Notes: generated by a model not told the origin, from the letters alone. 50,490 bases of DNA from a virus (IMGVR_UViG_3300018067_000002:1-50490), one strand, 5' to 3'; numbered from the stretch's first letter, positions 28,519-38,033 are shown. Numbers and translations are program-made.

Positions 28519-28704
28519 CTAGATGCTCGAGTCGTCGTCCTCGTCTACGTCGTCATCGTCATCGTCGTCGTCTGAATCGTCGTCATCGTCATCGTCCTCG
28601 TCTTCGAGATCGGTGTCGTCCTCTTCCTCTTGCAGCTCGGGAACCTGCTCTTCCAGTTCCTTCTGTTCTTCTTCGGTCGTGGGCTTCTTGATGTCGTCAG
28701 TCAT
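28519..28704 (-). CDS. Very acidic 61-aa protein (poly-Asp/Glu)
   Basis: RBS caggag then ATG 28704; ...EEEDDTDLEDEDDDDDDDSDDDDDDDDVDEDDD. Confidence 0.7.
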   Translation of the reverse strand: MTDDIKKPTTEEEQKELEEQVPELQEEEDDTDLEDEDDDDDDDSDDDDDDDDVDEDDDSSI

Positions 28705-28748
28705 TTTGACTCCTGAAAAGTGTCTGCGTAGGAATGCAACGAACGATT

Positions 28749-28777
28749 GGTCAGGGGGATGGTAAGTCCCCCCGACC
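28749..28777 (-). terminator. GC hairpin downstream of the SSB-like gene
   Basis: ggtcaggggga-tggtaag-tcccccgacc. Confidence 0.4.
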
Positions 28778-28783
28778 ATGAAA

Positions 28784-29185
28784 CTACCCGATTGGACGAA
28801 AGTCGGCGACTTCGTTCTGAAGCCGACCCTCGTATTCACGGTTCTTCACGTAGATCATCAGCTTCTTGCCGACGGGATAGTTCGGATCGATCTCCGCGCC
28901 GTCGGGCGTGATCTTCTGGCCGCACGCTTCGACGAACGGAACGGCGAAGCCCATCGCCTTCTCGTTGAACAGCCGGTAGACGATGACCCCCTGGAGTTCC
29001 TTCCCGTCCTTGTTCTTGCCTTGAAGGATCTCGATCTTGTAATTCCAGTTGGTCGAGCCGTCGCCCTTGGAAGGCTTGACTTCAACCGACTTGACGACAG
29101 CCGGATACCAGTTGGGGTCCATGACGACTCCACGCTTGAGGTCGTCCGCAGTGATACGCATCTTCTGGCTTGGATTCACAGGCAT
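28784..29185 (-). CDS. Putative single-stranded DNA-binding protein (DUF669-like)
   Basis: WYPAVVKSVEVKPSK...REYEGRLQNEV OB-fold pattern; directly after the Sak4-like ATPase. Confidence 0.65.
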   Translation of the reverse strand: MPVNPSQKMRITADDLKRGVVMDPNWYPAVVKSVEVKPSKGDGSTNWNYKIEILQGKNKDGKELQGVIVYRLFNEKAMGFAVPFVEACGQKITPDGAEIDPNYPVGKKLMIYVKNREYEGRLQNEVADFRPIG

Positions 29186-29254
29186 TGTTTTTTCTCCGAT
29201 ACACAGTTACAGTTGGTGGTCAGTTAGTCAGGTCAGGAATGTTCCATCGTCCTC

Positions 29255-30109
29255 CTATCCGAAAGAGTTATCGGGAAGGGTCTGCTCGGTGTAAAGACCG
29301 AGGTGCCCCATGATGATCGGATACAGCAGGCCAAAGCGCTCGGCTTCTGTCGTTGCGTCCTTGCGCGCCGTAAAATCGATCTCGCTTGGAATCGGCAACG
29401 CTGTCTTGGCCCAATCTGTTCCGACGTTCCGAGTGATGACTCGATACATAGGCAATCCGGTATCGCCTAGACCGACGTCAAAATGGTATGCCTCGTCGAA
29501 GTATGCAGGGATTTCAGCGACTGTCTTCTTCGCACCTGCATTCACGAGTGTTCTCGAAAAGGAAATGTTACCCTCGCGTGTCTTGTTTGACACTTCGATG
29601 ACGTGAGCTGTCATGATGATGTGACACTTGCTTCCGCCTGAGATCACTCGGAGCGCGTCGAGGACTTGATTGATCCCGTTGGCTTCGCCTGAGTAGTCTT
29701 CGATCTGTGTAAGCGCGACGCCGCCTCTCTTCAGCTTTTGCTTCCCGGCTTCGCCTCTGGCAATAAGCATGAGCGAAATAAGCATACGTGACAGCGCAGT
29801 GAGCGAGTCCATACAGAGCATGGCGTATGGATTGTAGGAGATGAGCGAGTCGAGTTTGTTGCACAGGTCCGCCCATGCGCTCTCTCCTGAATACGTGTCG
29901 AACTTGATGCACTTACGATACCCTGCCATGTCAGGATGACCGAAGTGTAACACCAACGGACGAATACGTTGGTCGAGATCGAAGAAGTAAACGTCGTTCT
30001 TACCTTCTGAGTAAGACGCCGCCGCGATCGTCTTGCCTGTTCCTGGATCGCCCTTGAACAGAGCTACTTGCTTATCGCCCATACTCAGGCTGTCGAGTGT
30101 ATCTGTCAT
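29255..30109 (-). CDS. AAA_24/Sak4-like recombination ATPase
   Basis: GDPGTGKT, FDLD, MDSLT, IIMTAH, YFDE. Confidence 0.8.
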   Translation of the reverse strand: MTDTLDSLSMGDKQVALFKGDPGTGKTIAAASYSEGKNDVYFFDLDQRIRPLVLHFGHPDMAGYRKCIKFDTYSGESAWADLCNKLDSLISYNPYAMLCMDSLTALSRMLISLMLIARGEAGKQKLKRGGVALTQIEDYSGEANGINQVLDALRVISGGSKCHIIMTAHVIEVSNKTREGNISFSRTLVNAGAKKTVAEIPAYFDEAYHFDVGLGDTGLPMYRVITRNVGTDWAKTALPIPSEIDFTARKDATTEAERFGLLYPIIMGHLGLYTEQTLPDNSFG

Positions 30110-30390
30110 GGTAGCACCGTTGGAATCGTTGGCATCGGGAAGTCGAACTCCTTCTTCTTACGTGGCTTCCGAGCGTAACACGTCTTGCAGTGTGGCTTTG
30201 CAAGGAGACCATTCGTATCACGATAGACGATCATGATCTTACCGCAGACCCAGCAGATTGATTGTCTACCAACGACCCTGTCCTCTGGCAAGTAATGAGT
30301 GCAGTCAGGGAACATGCACGCATAGACGACGTACCCATTCCTACCGAGTTTCGTCCTCTTGTATTTATGAACGTGCTTTTGTGAGGCCAT
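30106..30390 (-). CDS. Cys/His-rich hypothetical protein
   Basis: HVH, CMFPDC, CWVC, CKTC. Confidence 0.6.
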   Translation of the reverse strand: MASQKHVHKYKRTKLGRNGYVVYACMFPDCTHYLPEDRVVGRQSICWVCGKIMIVYRDTNGLLAKPHCKTCYARKPRKKKEFDFPMPTIPTVLP

Positions 30391-30392
30391 TG

Positions 30393-31313
30393 TTAGTCTC
30401 CGAGCAATTTGGAATAGTCTCTCGTGTGCGGACTCCACGGCTCCACAACACGATACTTAGTCTGCATCGTAAACTCTCGAGCTTCAGGGATACGTGTACA
30501 AATCTGCTGGAAGATACAGCCAGCATACTTGTCACATGATGTGTAGTTCGGCGGCCAGACATCGTTCTCGGCATAGAAGGCGTAGACCTTCAGCCAATAC
30601 GTCGCCCAGTATTGCCACTCGTCAATGCGTCCTTGCGGATAGCTCATGACGATACGTTGGAAGCGCTCGCTTTCGGAGACAGTTTTCTGGAAACCGATCC
30701 GATTAACAATCATTCGTGGACTATCTAACGACCAACAGTAGCCCATGAACTGATTGCTGAGATCCGAAGGTGTTTCACGTCGGCTCGCTGTTTTGTGATC
30801 GACAACGATCCGTCCCATTGGACCATCTGCTACGAGGTCAACGATTCCCTCATACAGAATGATCAGTTGATCGTCCTCATAGAGCTTACGAGTAAACGAC
30901 TGCTCGACTTCGAGTGTGATCCATCCGTCGCCTGCGAAATGAAAAGCGTATGCACGGAACTGCTTGATACACTCGTTCCGATACTCCGGCTCCAAGTCCA
31001 TGTCAAAGGATGCGAGCCGACCAATCTCAGTGCATGTGTCAACCAAGTCTTTCATTGGAAGACCTATGAACTGAGCATAGGGATGTGGCATCTTGTTGCC
31101 GTCGACGGTCATGAACAGGTGATGCTCCTTTGGATTCGTGATCCGTCCGTAGTAATACGGGTGGAGCATCCGATGCATGAGATCACCTTTCTCAAGCGCC
31201 TCTGCTTTCTTGTGCGGCCTTAGATTGAGCTTGAACTCCAGATTGGTCTTACGACCGCAGGCCATTACGGTGTTGAGTATCTGGGAGTCTGCGACGATTA
31301 CTTTTTTAGACAT
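30393..31313 (-). CDS. PD-(D/E)xK exonuclease (Cas4/RecB-like)
   Basis: G.LMH, EVE, GIVDLV...VVDHKT, Q..GY, C-terminal CDKYAGCIFQQIC. Confidence 0.8.
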   Translation of the reverse strand: MSKKVIVADSQILNTVMACGRKTNLEFKLNLRPHKKAEALEKGDLMHRMLHPYYYGRITNPKEHHLFMTVDGNKMPHPYAQFIGLPMKDLVDTCTEIGRLASFDMDLEPEYRNECIKQFRAYAFHFAGDGWITLEVEQSFTRKLYEDDQLIILYEGIVDLVADGPMGRIVVDHKTASRRETPSDLSNQFMGYCWSLDSPRMIVNRIGFQKTVSESERFQRIVMSYPQGRIDEWQYWATYWLKVYAFYAENDVWPPNYTSCDKYAGCIFQQICTRIPEAREFTMQTKYRVVEPWSPHTRDYSKLLGD

Positions 31314-31611
31314 GTAGGTTTAACAACCTCGTCCAGTGCTCCATAGTAATGATATGAACTCCTACTTTCTGTGCGTAGTCGGAGGACTCCTTGTTGAAGT
31401 GTTCTACCTTAAGCTCGCTTGGAGCGTAGCCCAGAGACGGGACTGAGAGTGCCCACTGTATGAACTTGACGGCTTCGTCTGACGTCTTGAACTCACAGTA
31501 TCCCATCTCTGGGGTGTCAGCTGACGGATGATAGCACACAGCTACGCCTTCAGGAGTTAGCTCAACTCCTTGGAAGACGCCGAGCCGTTTGTGCCTCACC
31601 TGAAAACTCAT
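31306..31611 (-). CDS. Hypothetical protein
   Basis: Coupled ORF in the early operon. Confidence 0.55.
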   Translation of the reverse strand: MSFQVRHKRLGVFQGVELTPEGVAVCYHPSADTPEMGYCEFKTSDEAVKFIQWALSVPSLGYAPSELKVEHFNKESSDYAQKVGVHIITMEHWTRLLNLHV

Positions 31612-31799
31612 CGGTCTAACTCTTTACGATGTCGCTCCATACCATTCATGATGGAACAGCAAACGTGTCTATCGTCTCCACCTATTTCTAGCCACAGATC
31701 ATATCCATGACCTATGGCTTCGTCCTCATGACACGACTCGCAACAAGCTGGAAAGTGTATTTCTGGAAACTCTTTCCTAACTTCGTCACATTCCATCAT
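31608..31799 (-). CDS. Small Cys-rich protein
   Basis: CCESCHED...VCC. Confidence 0.55.
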   Translation of the reverse strand: MMECDEVRKEFPEIHFPACCESCHEDEAIGHGYDLWLEIGGDDRHVCCSIMNGMERHRKELDR

Positions 31800-32041
31800 G
31801 CCTTCTCGACGATGATGTTATGAACTCCGAGCGTCAGCTTCCAACCGTTAAGCACGACACTGACTGTTTCCTGAGGATTGACGACGACTTTCTTGTGTCG
31901 CTTGACAGCCTTCGCGACGATCTTCTCGGCTTTCGTCTTGCGCTTGGCGACCTGTTTGCCTCGATGCATCTTCTTGATCATCTTGAGAACTTTGCCCTTG
32001 TTCTCTGGCTTCTGCATCCAATGAACGCCAGTATGCGCCAT
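31796..32041 (-). CDS. Small basic protein
   Basis: HWMQKPEN; Lys-rich. Confidence 0.6.
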   Translation of the reverse strand: MAHTGVHWMQKPENKGKVLKMIKKMHRGKQVAKRKTKAEKIVAKAVKRHKKVVVNPQETVSVVLNGWKLTLGVHNIIVEKA

Positions 32042-32256
32042 TACTTGACTCTCCTGAGTTCTTTCACCGAGTAAAAGGAAGGCTGCTCCTTGATGTTAAA
32101 GGACTCAGCTAATATCGTGGAGATAACCCACGACTTCGTCACTCCGTAGATCCGTGCGAGCCTCGTCAGCTCAACATCAATGCTGTGAAGAACGCACGGA
32201 CTCAACGGCTGTCTACCGCCCTTTGCTGGCGGCTGTCTTTTGACCTTCTTGGTCAT
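32041..32256 (-). CDS. Putative ribbon-helix-helix DNA-binding protein
   Basis: RQPLSPCV (strand) then ELTRLARIYGVTKSWVISTIL (two helices). Confidence 0.55.
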   Translation of the reverse strand: MTKKVKRQPPAKGGRQPLSPCVLHSIDVELTRLARIYGVTKSWVISTILAESFNIKEQPSFYSVKELRRVK

Positions 32257-32503
32257 GCACGTCACTCTCCAGATACTGTTCTTTTGTGAGGTTGATGCCG
32301 TCTGGAATCAGCATCGTCACTGACACTATGTGATCTGTCGGTGTCACATACGAGTCACTTCCAACTTTACGCCAGTCTCTTGCTTGCGCGTGTGTTGACA
32401 GATAATCGACGGCGTTCTGGTAGAACTGGAACGCCGCTATCTTGGCTACCTGTCTCTGCTTATCTCGAATAATCACTAGCCCAATCGGACTCTGCAATCC
32501 CAT
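32213..32503 (-). CDS. Hypothetical protein
   Basis: ATG 32503, coupled ORF. Confidence 0.5.
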   Translation of the reverse strand: MGLQSPIGLVIIRDKQRQVAKIAAFQFYQNAVDYLSTHAQARDWRKVGSDSYVTPTDHIVSVTMLIPDGINLTKEQYLESDVHDQEGQKTAASKGR

Positions 32504-32610
32504 TTTCTCTACTCCATTGCTCAAGGCGCTTCTTCAGCTCTCTTATTTCGTCACCGTACTCGTAAGAGATGAAGCCTGAGTTGTAGTAGAACTTGAGGAG
32601 TGCTACAACT

Positions 32611-32811
32611 TCAGACTTTTGCAAAGCGCACGTAGGTATCGTCGTTTGCGGGGATACTGTCGTGCTTTCGCTGGTAGTCGGCCATTGCTTTCGTGAGGAT
32701 TTCACGACTTTTCGCGTTTTCTCTGGCATTGGTCCCTATGATGCAGTTGATATCGAACTGGATTGCTTCGATGCGCGCGCGATAACACTCTCGAGCTTGA
32801 TTGTTAGTCAT
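32611..32811 (-). CDS. Hypothetical protein
   Basis: 66-aa ORF tiling the operon. Confidence 0.5.
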   Translation of the reverse strand: MTNNQARECYRARIEAIQFDINCIIGTNARENAKSREILTKAMADYQRKHDSIPANDDTYVRFAKV

Positions 32812-33294
32812 CTAATTATACCCGCAGTTTTGGCAGACTACTTCGTCCCACTGTCTTTCACAGTTGGGACAGATGTGAGCTTTTCGCTTCTGTGCCACGG
32901 CAGGCGTATCAGTACGACTCTTGAGGTGAATCTCTCCCCAGACTCGGTAGAACGTCTCCGGTGTAGCTCCAAGAGCGCGTTGAATATCTCCTTCGTTAAA
33001 ACGCTCGCTTCGTCGTAGGTATTGCTCAAGCCACCACGACCTTAGCTTTACTTTAGCTCGATGTATGTGATTGCAACATACTTCGGCTCGGATACCCATT
33101 CCGTAGTCTGGCCCACGACCATACAACGACACTGGATAGATCGGCGTCCTGTTGCTTGGGTGCGCGATGCATTCCTCACAACAGGACGACGTTACACCGA
33201 GGTCACTGCACTTTAACACGAGGGACACGAGGCTCCACCTTTGGATACAATCCAACACCGACGACAGTATCGCAGGTGTCGCAAGTATACTCAC
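32812..33294 (-). CDS. Cys-rich hypothetical protein (start uncertain)
   Basis: CCEEC, VCC, CPNC, CQNC. Confidence 0.5.
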   Translation of the reverse strand: MSILATPAILSSVLDCIQRWSLVSLVLKCSDLGVTSSCCEECIAHPSNRTPIYPVSLYGRGPDYGMGIRAEVCCNHIHRAKVKLRSWWLEQYLRRSERFNEGDIQRALGATPETFYRVWGEIHLKSRTDTPAVAQKRKAHICPNCERQWDEVVCQNCGYN

Positions 33295-33391
33295 GAGCCT
33301 GCGAGTGATTCTGAGGACTATGAAACATTTCCTCAGAACCTTTCATCGCCTTGTCGCACTTATTGCACCAGACTTCGACTTCGATTTCCAT
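33203..33391 (-). CDS. Zinc-ribbon protein
   Basis: CNKC...CDTC. Confidence 0.55.
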   Translation of the reverse strand: MEIEVEVWCNKCDKAMKGSEEMFHSPQNHSQAREYTCDTCDTVVGVGLYPKVEPRVPRVKVQ

Positions 33392-33560
33392 CTAGTTCCT
33401 CTTCGAGTCTCTTTTTGAGTCGCTCGACGATTCTCGCCTTACGTTGCGTAAGGATTTCCAACAGGATCTCGACGTCAATGAGATCCTGTATGGATTGTTG
33501 TATCAGCGCCTCGTCACTGTTGAACGCTTCGCTGATCGTCTTCTTGTCGTTTTGGTTCAT
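33360..33560 (-). CDS. Hypothetical coiled-coil protein
   Basis: ATGA-coupled to the beta-helix gene. Confidence 0.55.
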   Translation of the reverse strand: MNQNDKKTISEAFNSDEALIQQSIQDLIDVEILLEILTQRKARIVERLKKRLEEELDGNRSRSLVQ

Positions 33561-35026
33561 CTTGTTCTGCCGTAGCCCTCAAATTTTCCTACACCATAGC
33601 CGTCCACGACGAGTGACGCGCCCTCTGCTGTTGAGACGTGCAGATCGTCGGGGAAATTCGTCTTGAACTCCGATTTGTCTCCGCAGTAACCGTTGCCTTC
33701 CATGATCCCGTCAGGCGCGAAGTATTCTCTCCAATACTTTCCACGCTTTTGATCTGTTCCGAGCCAGTTCAGGGACGTTCCGTAGTCTCCGATGTTCTGG
33801 ACGATGTTGCCCTTGAATACAAACCCGGGTGTGTCAGGATTCTTACCCGGTGCGTTCCCTTGGATGTAGACAGGACCGTCAGTTTGAATCGTGTTGTTCT
33901 CCACGACGACGTTCTTTGGCCCGTTGCCGACCATCATGAACCAACCGTTTCCACCGAGAGTCTTTCTCGAGATCTGGAACCAGTTGTTACGAATCGTAAT
34001 CCTCGTTGACGTTCCTGTTGGTCTGTCGTCTTGGTTCTGTCCATGTCCAAGAATGTTGAATCCGTTTGCGATGTTCTTCACGACGTTGTTCTCGAACACG
34101 TAGTCCTCTACGGTGTTCTCTGGATTCGTGCCGTATTGACTGGGCGTGATCACCAGTGAGTAAGGCTGTCCAGCAGGCCACATGTTCTGGATCAGATTGT
34201 CGTGGATGTGAATACGACGACCTGACTTGAACTCGATGTGATTCTTGATCGTGTATGACGATCCTTTCCACGCCATCGGCTTCTCGATGGTGCAACCTGC
34301 GATCTCGATGTCCGACGGAATGCACTTCGGCATAGATGGCGCATCACCACCGAACATGATGTTCTCGCCTGCGGCTGCCAGATAGCAATCGCTGATGAGG
34401 AAAGGTCCCTCACCGTTCCAGCCACCGACACACTGTGTGTCCTGGCCCGCACGGAAGATATCTGCGATATGACACCGCAGTATCTGGATGTTCTTTCCTT
34501 GTGCAGCGATGCCTCGTTTGGCACCATCTGTCGAATGCCCAACGATCACGCACTGATCGAATACGATTCTGTCGGGCTGTTGGCTTGGCTCGTTTTGCGT
34601 GCTGTCGTCCTTGCCAACTTCACAGATGTCATTGAGATTCTTGCCACCGATAACGACCTGAGCAATCTTCACATCAGTCGTCTGTGGCAGAATTTCCAAT
34701 CCGTCTGGCAATTTCGCGCACTGCGCAGACGCGTCGAGAGTCATGCGACCTGAGTGCGTGATGCCTCGTGTTCTCAAATGGACAGACTTTCTGATTGTCA
34801 GTCGGCCTGCGAACGTCGCACCGGGAGCAAGCTCGACTATCGCTCCACTAGCAGCAGCATTCAATGCGTCCTGCACCTTCTGACCAGCCTCGACGTATAC
34901 GACGTCGCCTGTTGGCGGTGGTATAGGTTCACCGTCGACCAGAGTGCGCGCCTCTTTATTCAGCGCAGTCAGGTCTTCAGCAAGTGTTTCGTAGTCCATG
35001 ACGATTTGATCCCAGGTTCGTGGCAT
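33557..35026 (-). CDS. Right-handed parallel beta-helix (pectin-lyase-fold) protein
   Basis: VQDALNAAASGAIVELAPG cap followed by repeated IxxNxI rungs; RBS gagagg before ATG 35026 (in-frame ATG also at 35074). Confidence 0.8.
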   Translation of the reverse strand: MPRTWDQIVMDYETLAEDLTALNKEARTLVDGEPIPPPTGDVVYVEAGQKVQDALNAAASGAIVELAPGATFAGRLTIRKSVHLRTRGITHSGRMTLDASAQCAKLPDGLEILPQTTDVKIAQVVIGGKNLNDICEVGKDDSTQNEPSQQPDRIVFDQCVIVGHSTDGAKRGIAAQGKNIQILRCHIADIFRAGQDTQCVGGWNGEGPFLISDCYLAAAGENIMFGGDAPSMPKCIPSDIEIAGCTIEKPMAWKGSSYTIKNHIEFKSGRRIHIHDNLIQNMWPAGQPYSLVITPSQYGTNPENTVEDYVFENNVVKNIANGFNILGHGQNQDDRPTGTSTRITIRNNWFQISRKTLGGNGWFMMVGNGPKNVVVENNTIQTDGPVYIQGNAPGKNPDTPGFVFKGNIVQNIGDYGTSLNWLGTDQKRGKYWREYFAPDGIMEGNGYCGDKSEFKTNFPDDLHVSTAEGASLVVDGYGVGKFEGYGRTR

Positions 35027-35078
35027 AGTCCGACCTCTCTTTTTGAAATACTTTCCTCTGGCTCGTGAAGACATAGGA

Positions 35079-35315
35079 TTAAAAGTATTTTTCTACTGAG
35101 TGGAAAAGCCACGCCTCGAGACTTGCCTCGAATGCGTCGATTTCCCTGTCGTTCAAACGCTCACGGGATCTCAAAAGACCTGCGTAGCACTTCAGAATCC
35201 TGTCGTGCGTCAGGTCACGAAACTGTTCTCTATCGAGGCGACGGGTTATCATCCGAGCGTCTTGTAAGTGGCGCTCGAATGACTTCCTGTCTTTGGCTCC
35301 TATGACAACCGCCAT
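35079..35315 (-). CDS. Hypothetical protein
   Basis: 78-aa ORF overlapping the helicase stop. Confidence 0.5.
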   Translation of the reverse strand: MAVVIGAKDRKSFERHLQDARMITRRLDREQFRDLTHDRILKCYAGLLRSRERLNDREIDAFEASLEAWLFHSVEKYF

Positions 35316-36928
35316 TGCTGCATCCCTTTCGTGACAAGGATCTCAGCAAGCTCTTTCATGATGCCTTCCTCAGTGTAAGAGCTCTCGTTCTTCTCGCCTG
35401 TCATGGCCTCGGTGATGATGTGCTTCTTGCTGGCCTTGAGGTCAGCGAGATACTCATCGATGGTGCCGAGTGCAATCTGGTATACAGCATTGATGATGCC
35501 TGCTGTTGACCCGATGCGCTTGAATCGTGCTTCAGCTTGCTCCTCGTTAGCAGGATTCCACTGTTGCTCCATGATGATGCAGTCCGAACAGAACTGCAAG
35601 TTGAGTCCCTCGCCTGAGGCGAGAGTGCTGGCGATCATCACGCGCGCGTTTGGATCGTCCTTGAATTGCATGACAACTTCATGCCTTTGCTCGGGAGTCA
35701 AGTCGCTAGTAAGCGCAATGGGCATTGAGAGTCCCATCGCTTGACAGATGTTGCACAACAGAGTCTCAACAGCCGCATGGACGTCGTTGTGATGTCGGAA
35801 GATCACGATCTTACGATCACACTGTGTGAGGAAGTCCGTGACGTAGTCTACAACAGGCTCAACCTTTGCTTTGCCTGTCAGGTGACGCATGTGCGTCATG
35901 TATTCGAGAATACCGCCTGAGCCGAAAACTTTCATCGACCCTTTGCTGTATTCCGCAGCGAACTTTTCCATCAGCTCATTGTAGAGCTTCTCGACTTCGG
36001 GTCCAAGCTCGGCGTATCGATACGTCCTGTTGAGCTTTGGCAAATCAGGCATCACTTCGTCTTGCGTGCGCCTAATGATGAAGTCCTTTGTCTTCTCAGC
36101 GAAGTATTCAGGATCTTTCAGCCCACCAGCCTTGACGCCGTAGCCGTTCGACCACGTATTGACGTAATTGTGCTGGAACGCTTTGTGCGACGGAAACCTC
36201 TCGGGTTTCAGGATGTTGAGGATCGTGAAGTATTCGTCTGCGTTGTTCTTGATTGGCGTGCCTGAGAGACCAATTACATACGGCACGCTTTTCGTCAGCT
36301 TGCGCACCATTGCAGTGCGTAGCGCACCAGGATTCTTGATGTTCTGCGTCTCGTCGATGATAACGCAATCGAAACGATTCTTCATGAATTCTTCGTCGTC
36401 AATCCAAGCACAACGACGAAGCATGTCCATTGAAATGATAACGATGTTGAACCCGAACTCGGTCAGAGGCTTCTGATTCTTGTTCTCGATAACTTGATTC
36501 ATACCAAGCTCGTGTCCAAGGAACCGATACGCCTCGTGTGACCACTGATACTTCAGTGTCGACTTTGTAATGACGAGCGACTTCATTTTCTTGTCGCGCA
36601 TCTTCCAAAGGAATGCCAGAGCTTGCACTGTCTTACCAAGGCCCATCTCGTCGGCGATAAGACACCGACCATTAGCCTCGATTGCGAACGACGCTCCAGT
36701 CTTTTGGAACTCGTAAAGCTGTCTGCCATCGATTGACTTGAACTCCAACCATTCGTCGGCGTTCTCGTCAATGTGAATCAATGCGTCTGTGAGCGTTGTG
36801 TGCCCACAATCGAATTGGATAGACCAATAGTCACCGAATCTGTGTCTCTTAACTTCGGTGACTTTCTTGTTGCAGTAGTTACATTTGTAACCTAGCTGCG
36901 TCTGTCCCTTTTGTGTTACTACAGCCAT
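35300..36928 (-). CDS. SNF2-family (HARP/SMARCAL1-like) helicase
   Basis: ADEMGLGKT, IIDETQ, LSGTP, GEGLNL, WNP...QAEAR..RIG. Confidence 0.92.
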   Translation of the reverse strand: MAVVTQKGQTQLGYKCNYCNKKVTEVKRHRFGDYWSIQFDCGHTTLTDALIHIDENADEWLEFKSIDGRQLYEFQKTGASFAIEANGRCLIADEMGLGKTVQALAFLWKMRDKKMKSLVITKSTLKYQWSHEAYRFLGHELGMNQVIENKNQKPLTEFGFNIVIISMDMLRRCAWIDDEEFMKNRFDCVIIDETQNIKNPGALRTAMVRKLTKSVPYVIGLSGTPIKNNADEYFTILNILKPERFPSHKAFQHNYVNTWSNGYGVKAGGLKDPEYFAEKTKDFIIRRTQDEVMPDLPKLNRTYRYAELGPEVEKLYNELMEKFAAEYSKGSMKVFGSGGILEYMTHMRHLTGKAKVEPVVDYVTDFLTQCDRKIVIFRHHNDVHAAVETLLCNICQAMGLSMPIALTSDLTPEQRHEVVMQFKDDPNARVMIASTLASGEGLNLQFCSDCIIMEQQWNPANEEQAEARFKRIGSTAGIINAVYQIALGTIDEYLADLKASKKHIITEAMTGEKNESSYTEEGIMKELAEILVTKGMQQWRLS

Positions 36929-36994
36929 AAGTCTAATGAATCCTCTCAGGTATCATCTTTATCGTCGGATACCCCGACGTAGTGTTAGGCCACT

Positions 36995-37020
36995 AAGAAA
37001 AGGACCGAAGTCCCTTTCCT
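36995..37020 (-). terminator. Intrinsic terminator with cUUCGg loop
   Basis: Minus strand aggaaagggac-ttcg-gtccttttctt. Confidence 0.65.
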
Positions 37021-37026
37021 CGGAGT

Positions 37027-37224
37027 CTAACCGTCGTTCCGAATCTCCTCGAGCGCGAACATGATCGCGGCTTCCATCGTGTCGAACTTGCGCGCGTTCT
37101 GGCTGTTGATCTTCGTCAGGATTGGATACACGCCGCGCACGTCGATCCTGTATCCTTTTGTCTTGATCTGCTCGTAAAGCTCGTCGAGCGTTTTCTGTCG
37201 GTCGCTGTTTTCCGTCATTTGCAT
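37027..37224 (-). CDS. Hypothetical protein with its own promoter
   Basis: RBS aggggg; flanked by the promoter at 37245-37273 and the terminator. Confidence 0.6.
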   Translation of the reverse strand: MQMTENSDRQKTLDELYEQIKTKGYRIDVRGVYPILTKINSQNARKFDTMEAAIMFALEEIRNDG

Positions 37225-37244
37225 TCGGTGCCCCCTAGAGCTAA

Positions 37245-37273
37245 AGTATACCACAGCCCGGCATCGGTGTCAA
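37245..37273 (-). promoter_or_regulatory. Sigma70-type promoter
   Basis: TTGACA-17 nt-TATACT with extended TG. Confidence 0.8.
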
Positions 37274-37303
37274 TATGTAAGTCTTACACTGGGTGTGTAA
37301 AAA

Positions 37304-37612
37304 TTACACGGTCGTAATGTCTAGCTGTTCACCTAGTGAACGGCTACCGTCGACGTATTCTATGTCGATTGCTCGATCTCTCGGGAAGATGTCAATATGT
37401 AACAGACCGAAAGGAATTGACACAATCGCTACTGAAGAATCGTCGTTACACCGAATTGACTTTACAGCTGTGATTGTAACATCTTCACCAACCGACGTCG
37501 TAATTCGAATGTCAGTTCTCACGTCTTGTCCTCGCTGGAACAGTATAAAGATTGTGTCGTTTTGTGAAACGCGCGCAACGCTCACATATTGGGTATAGAC
37601 GATTCCCGGCAA
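37304..37612 (-). CDS. Hypothetical protein
   Basis: Beta-rich ORF; start uncertain. Confidence 0.45.
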   Translation of the reverse strand: MPGIVYTQYVSVARVSQNDTIFILFQRGQDVRTDIRITTSVGEDVTITAVKSIRCNDDSSVAIVSIPFGLLHIDIFPRDRAIDIEYVDGSRSLGEQLDITTV

Positions 37613-37680
37613 GCGCTGATGGCTCCGGCTTGTCGGGATCGTATGTTAGAAGTTTACCGCAGTGGTAACAGCGTCCGAGC

Positions 37681-37929
37681 TTAGTCGATGACTTCAACAA
37701 TCACCTGCGGACCGTTGACGTCGCCCGCGTTGCACTTCCACGAGTATTTGTAATACGGGTCACGAATGAGCGTCTCGTCTGCGAATTCGTCACCTGAATC
37801 ACAGATAACTTTCGTCGGCTTGATCTCGGCTTGATCTCGGCTCGTCGCAAGCATTACTGACGTTGCACCGAGCGCGAATGATGCCATGAGAAGCGTTCCG
37901 ACAGCGAGGAGATTGAAGTCTGTTTTCAC
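37681..37929 (-). CDS. Membrane-anchored hypothetical protein
   Basis: N-terminal hydrophobic helix; GTGA coupling. Confidence 0.55.
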   Translation of the reverse strand: MKTDFNLLAVGTLLMASFALGATSVMLATSRDQAEIKPTKVICDSGDEFADETLIRDPYYKYSWKCNAGDVNGPQVIVEVID

Positions 37930-38033
37930 AATACCACGACCTTGATCTGAAAGAATGAGAAGAAGATGATTGCTGCAATCCAGATATACCAGAATGACAG
38001 CAGGAACATGAGCGCGTCTTTGTAGTCTTCCAT
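37926..38033 (-). CDS. 35-aa membrane peptide (not in the ORF track)
   Basis: MEDYKDALMFLLSFWYIWIAAIIFFSFFQIKVVVL; start and stop overlap both neighbours. Confidence 0.55.
   Translation of the reverse strand: MEDYKDALMFLLSFWYIWIAAIIFFSFFQIKVVVL

Noticed and set aside
28523-28765. Poly-Ser ORF on the + strand
   Set aside because: It is the reverse complement of the poly-Asp gene.
30393-31313. cas4 as part of a CRISPR system
   Set aside because: The context (Sak4-like ATPase, SSB) is a standard phage recombination module.
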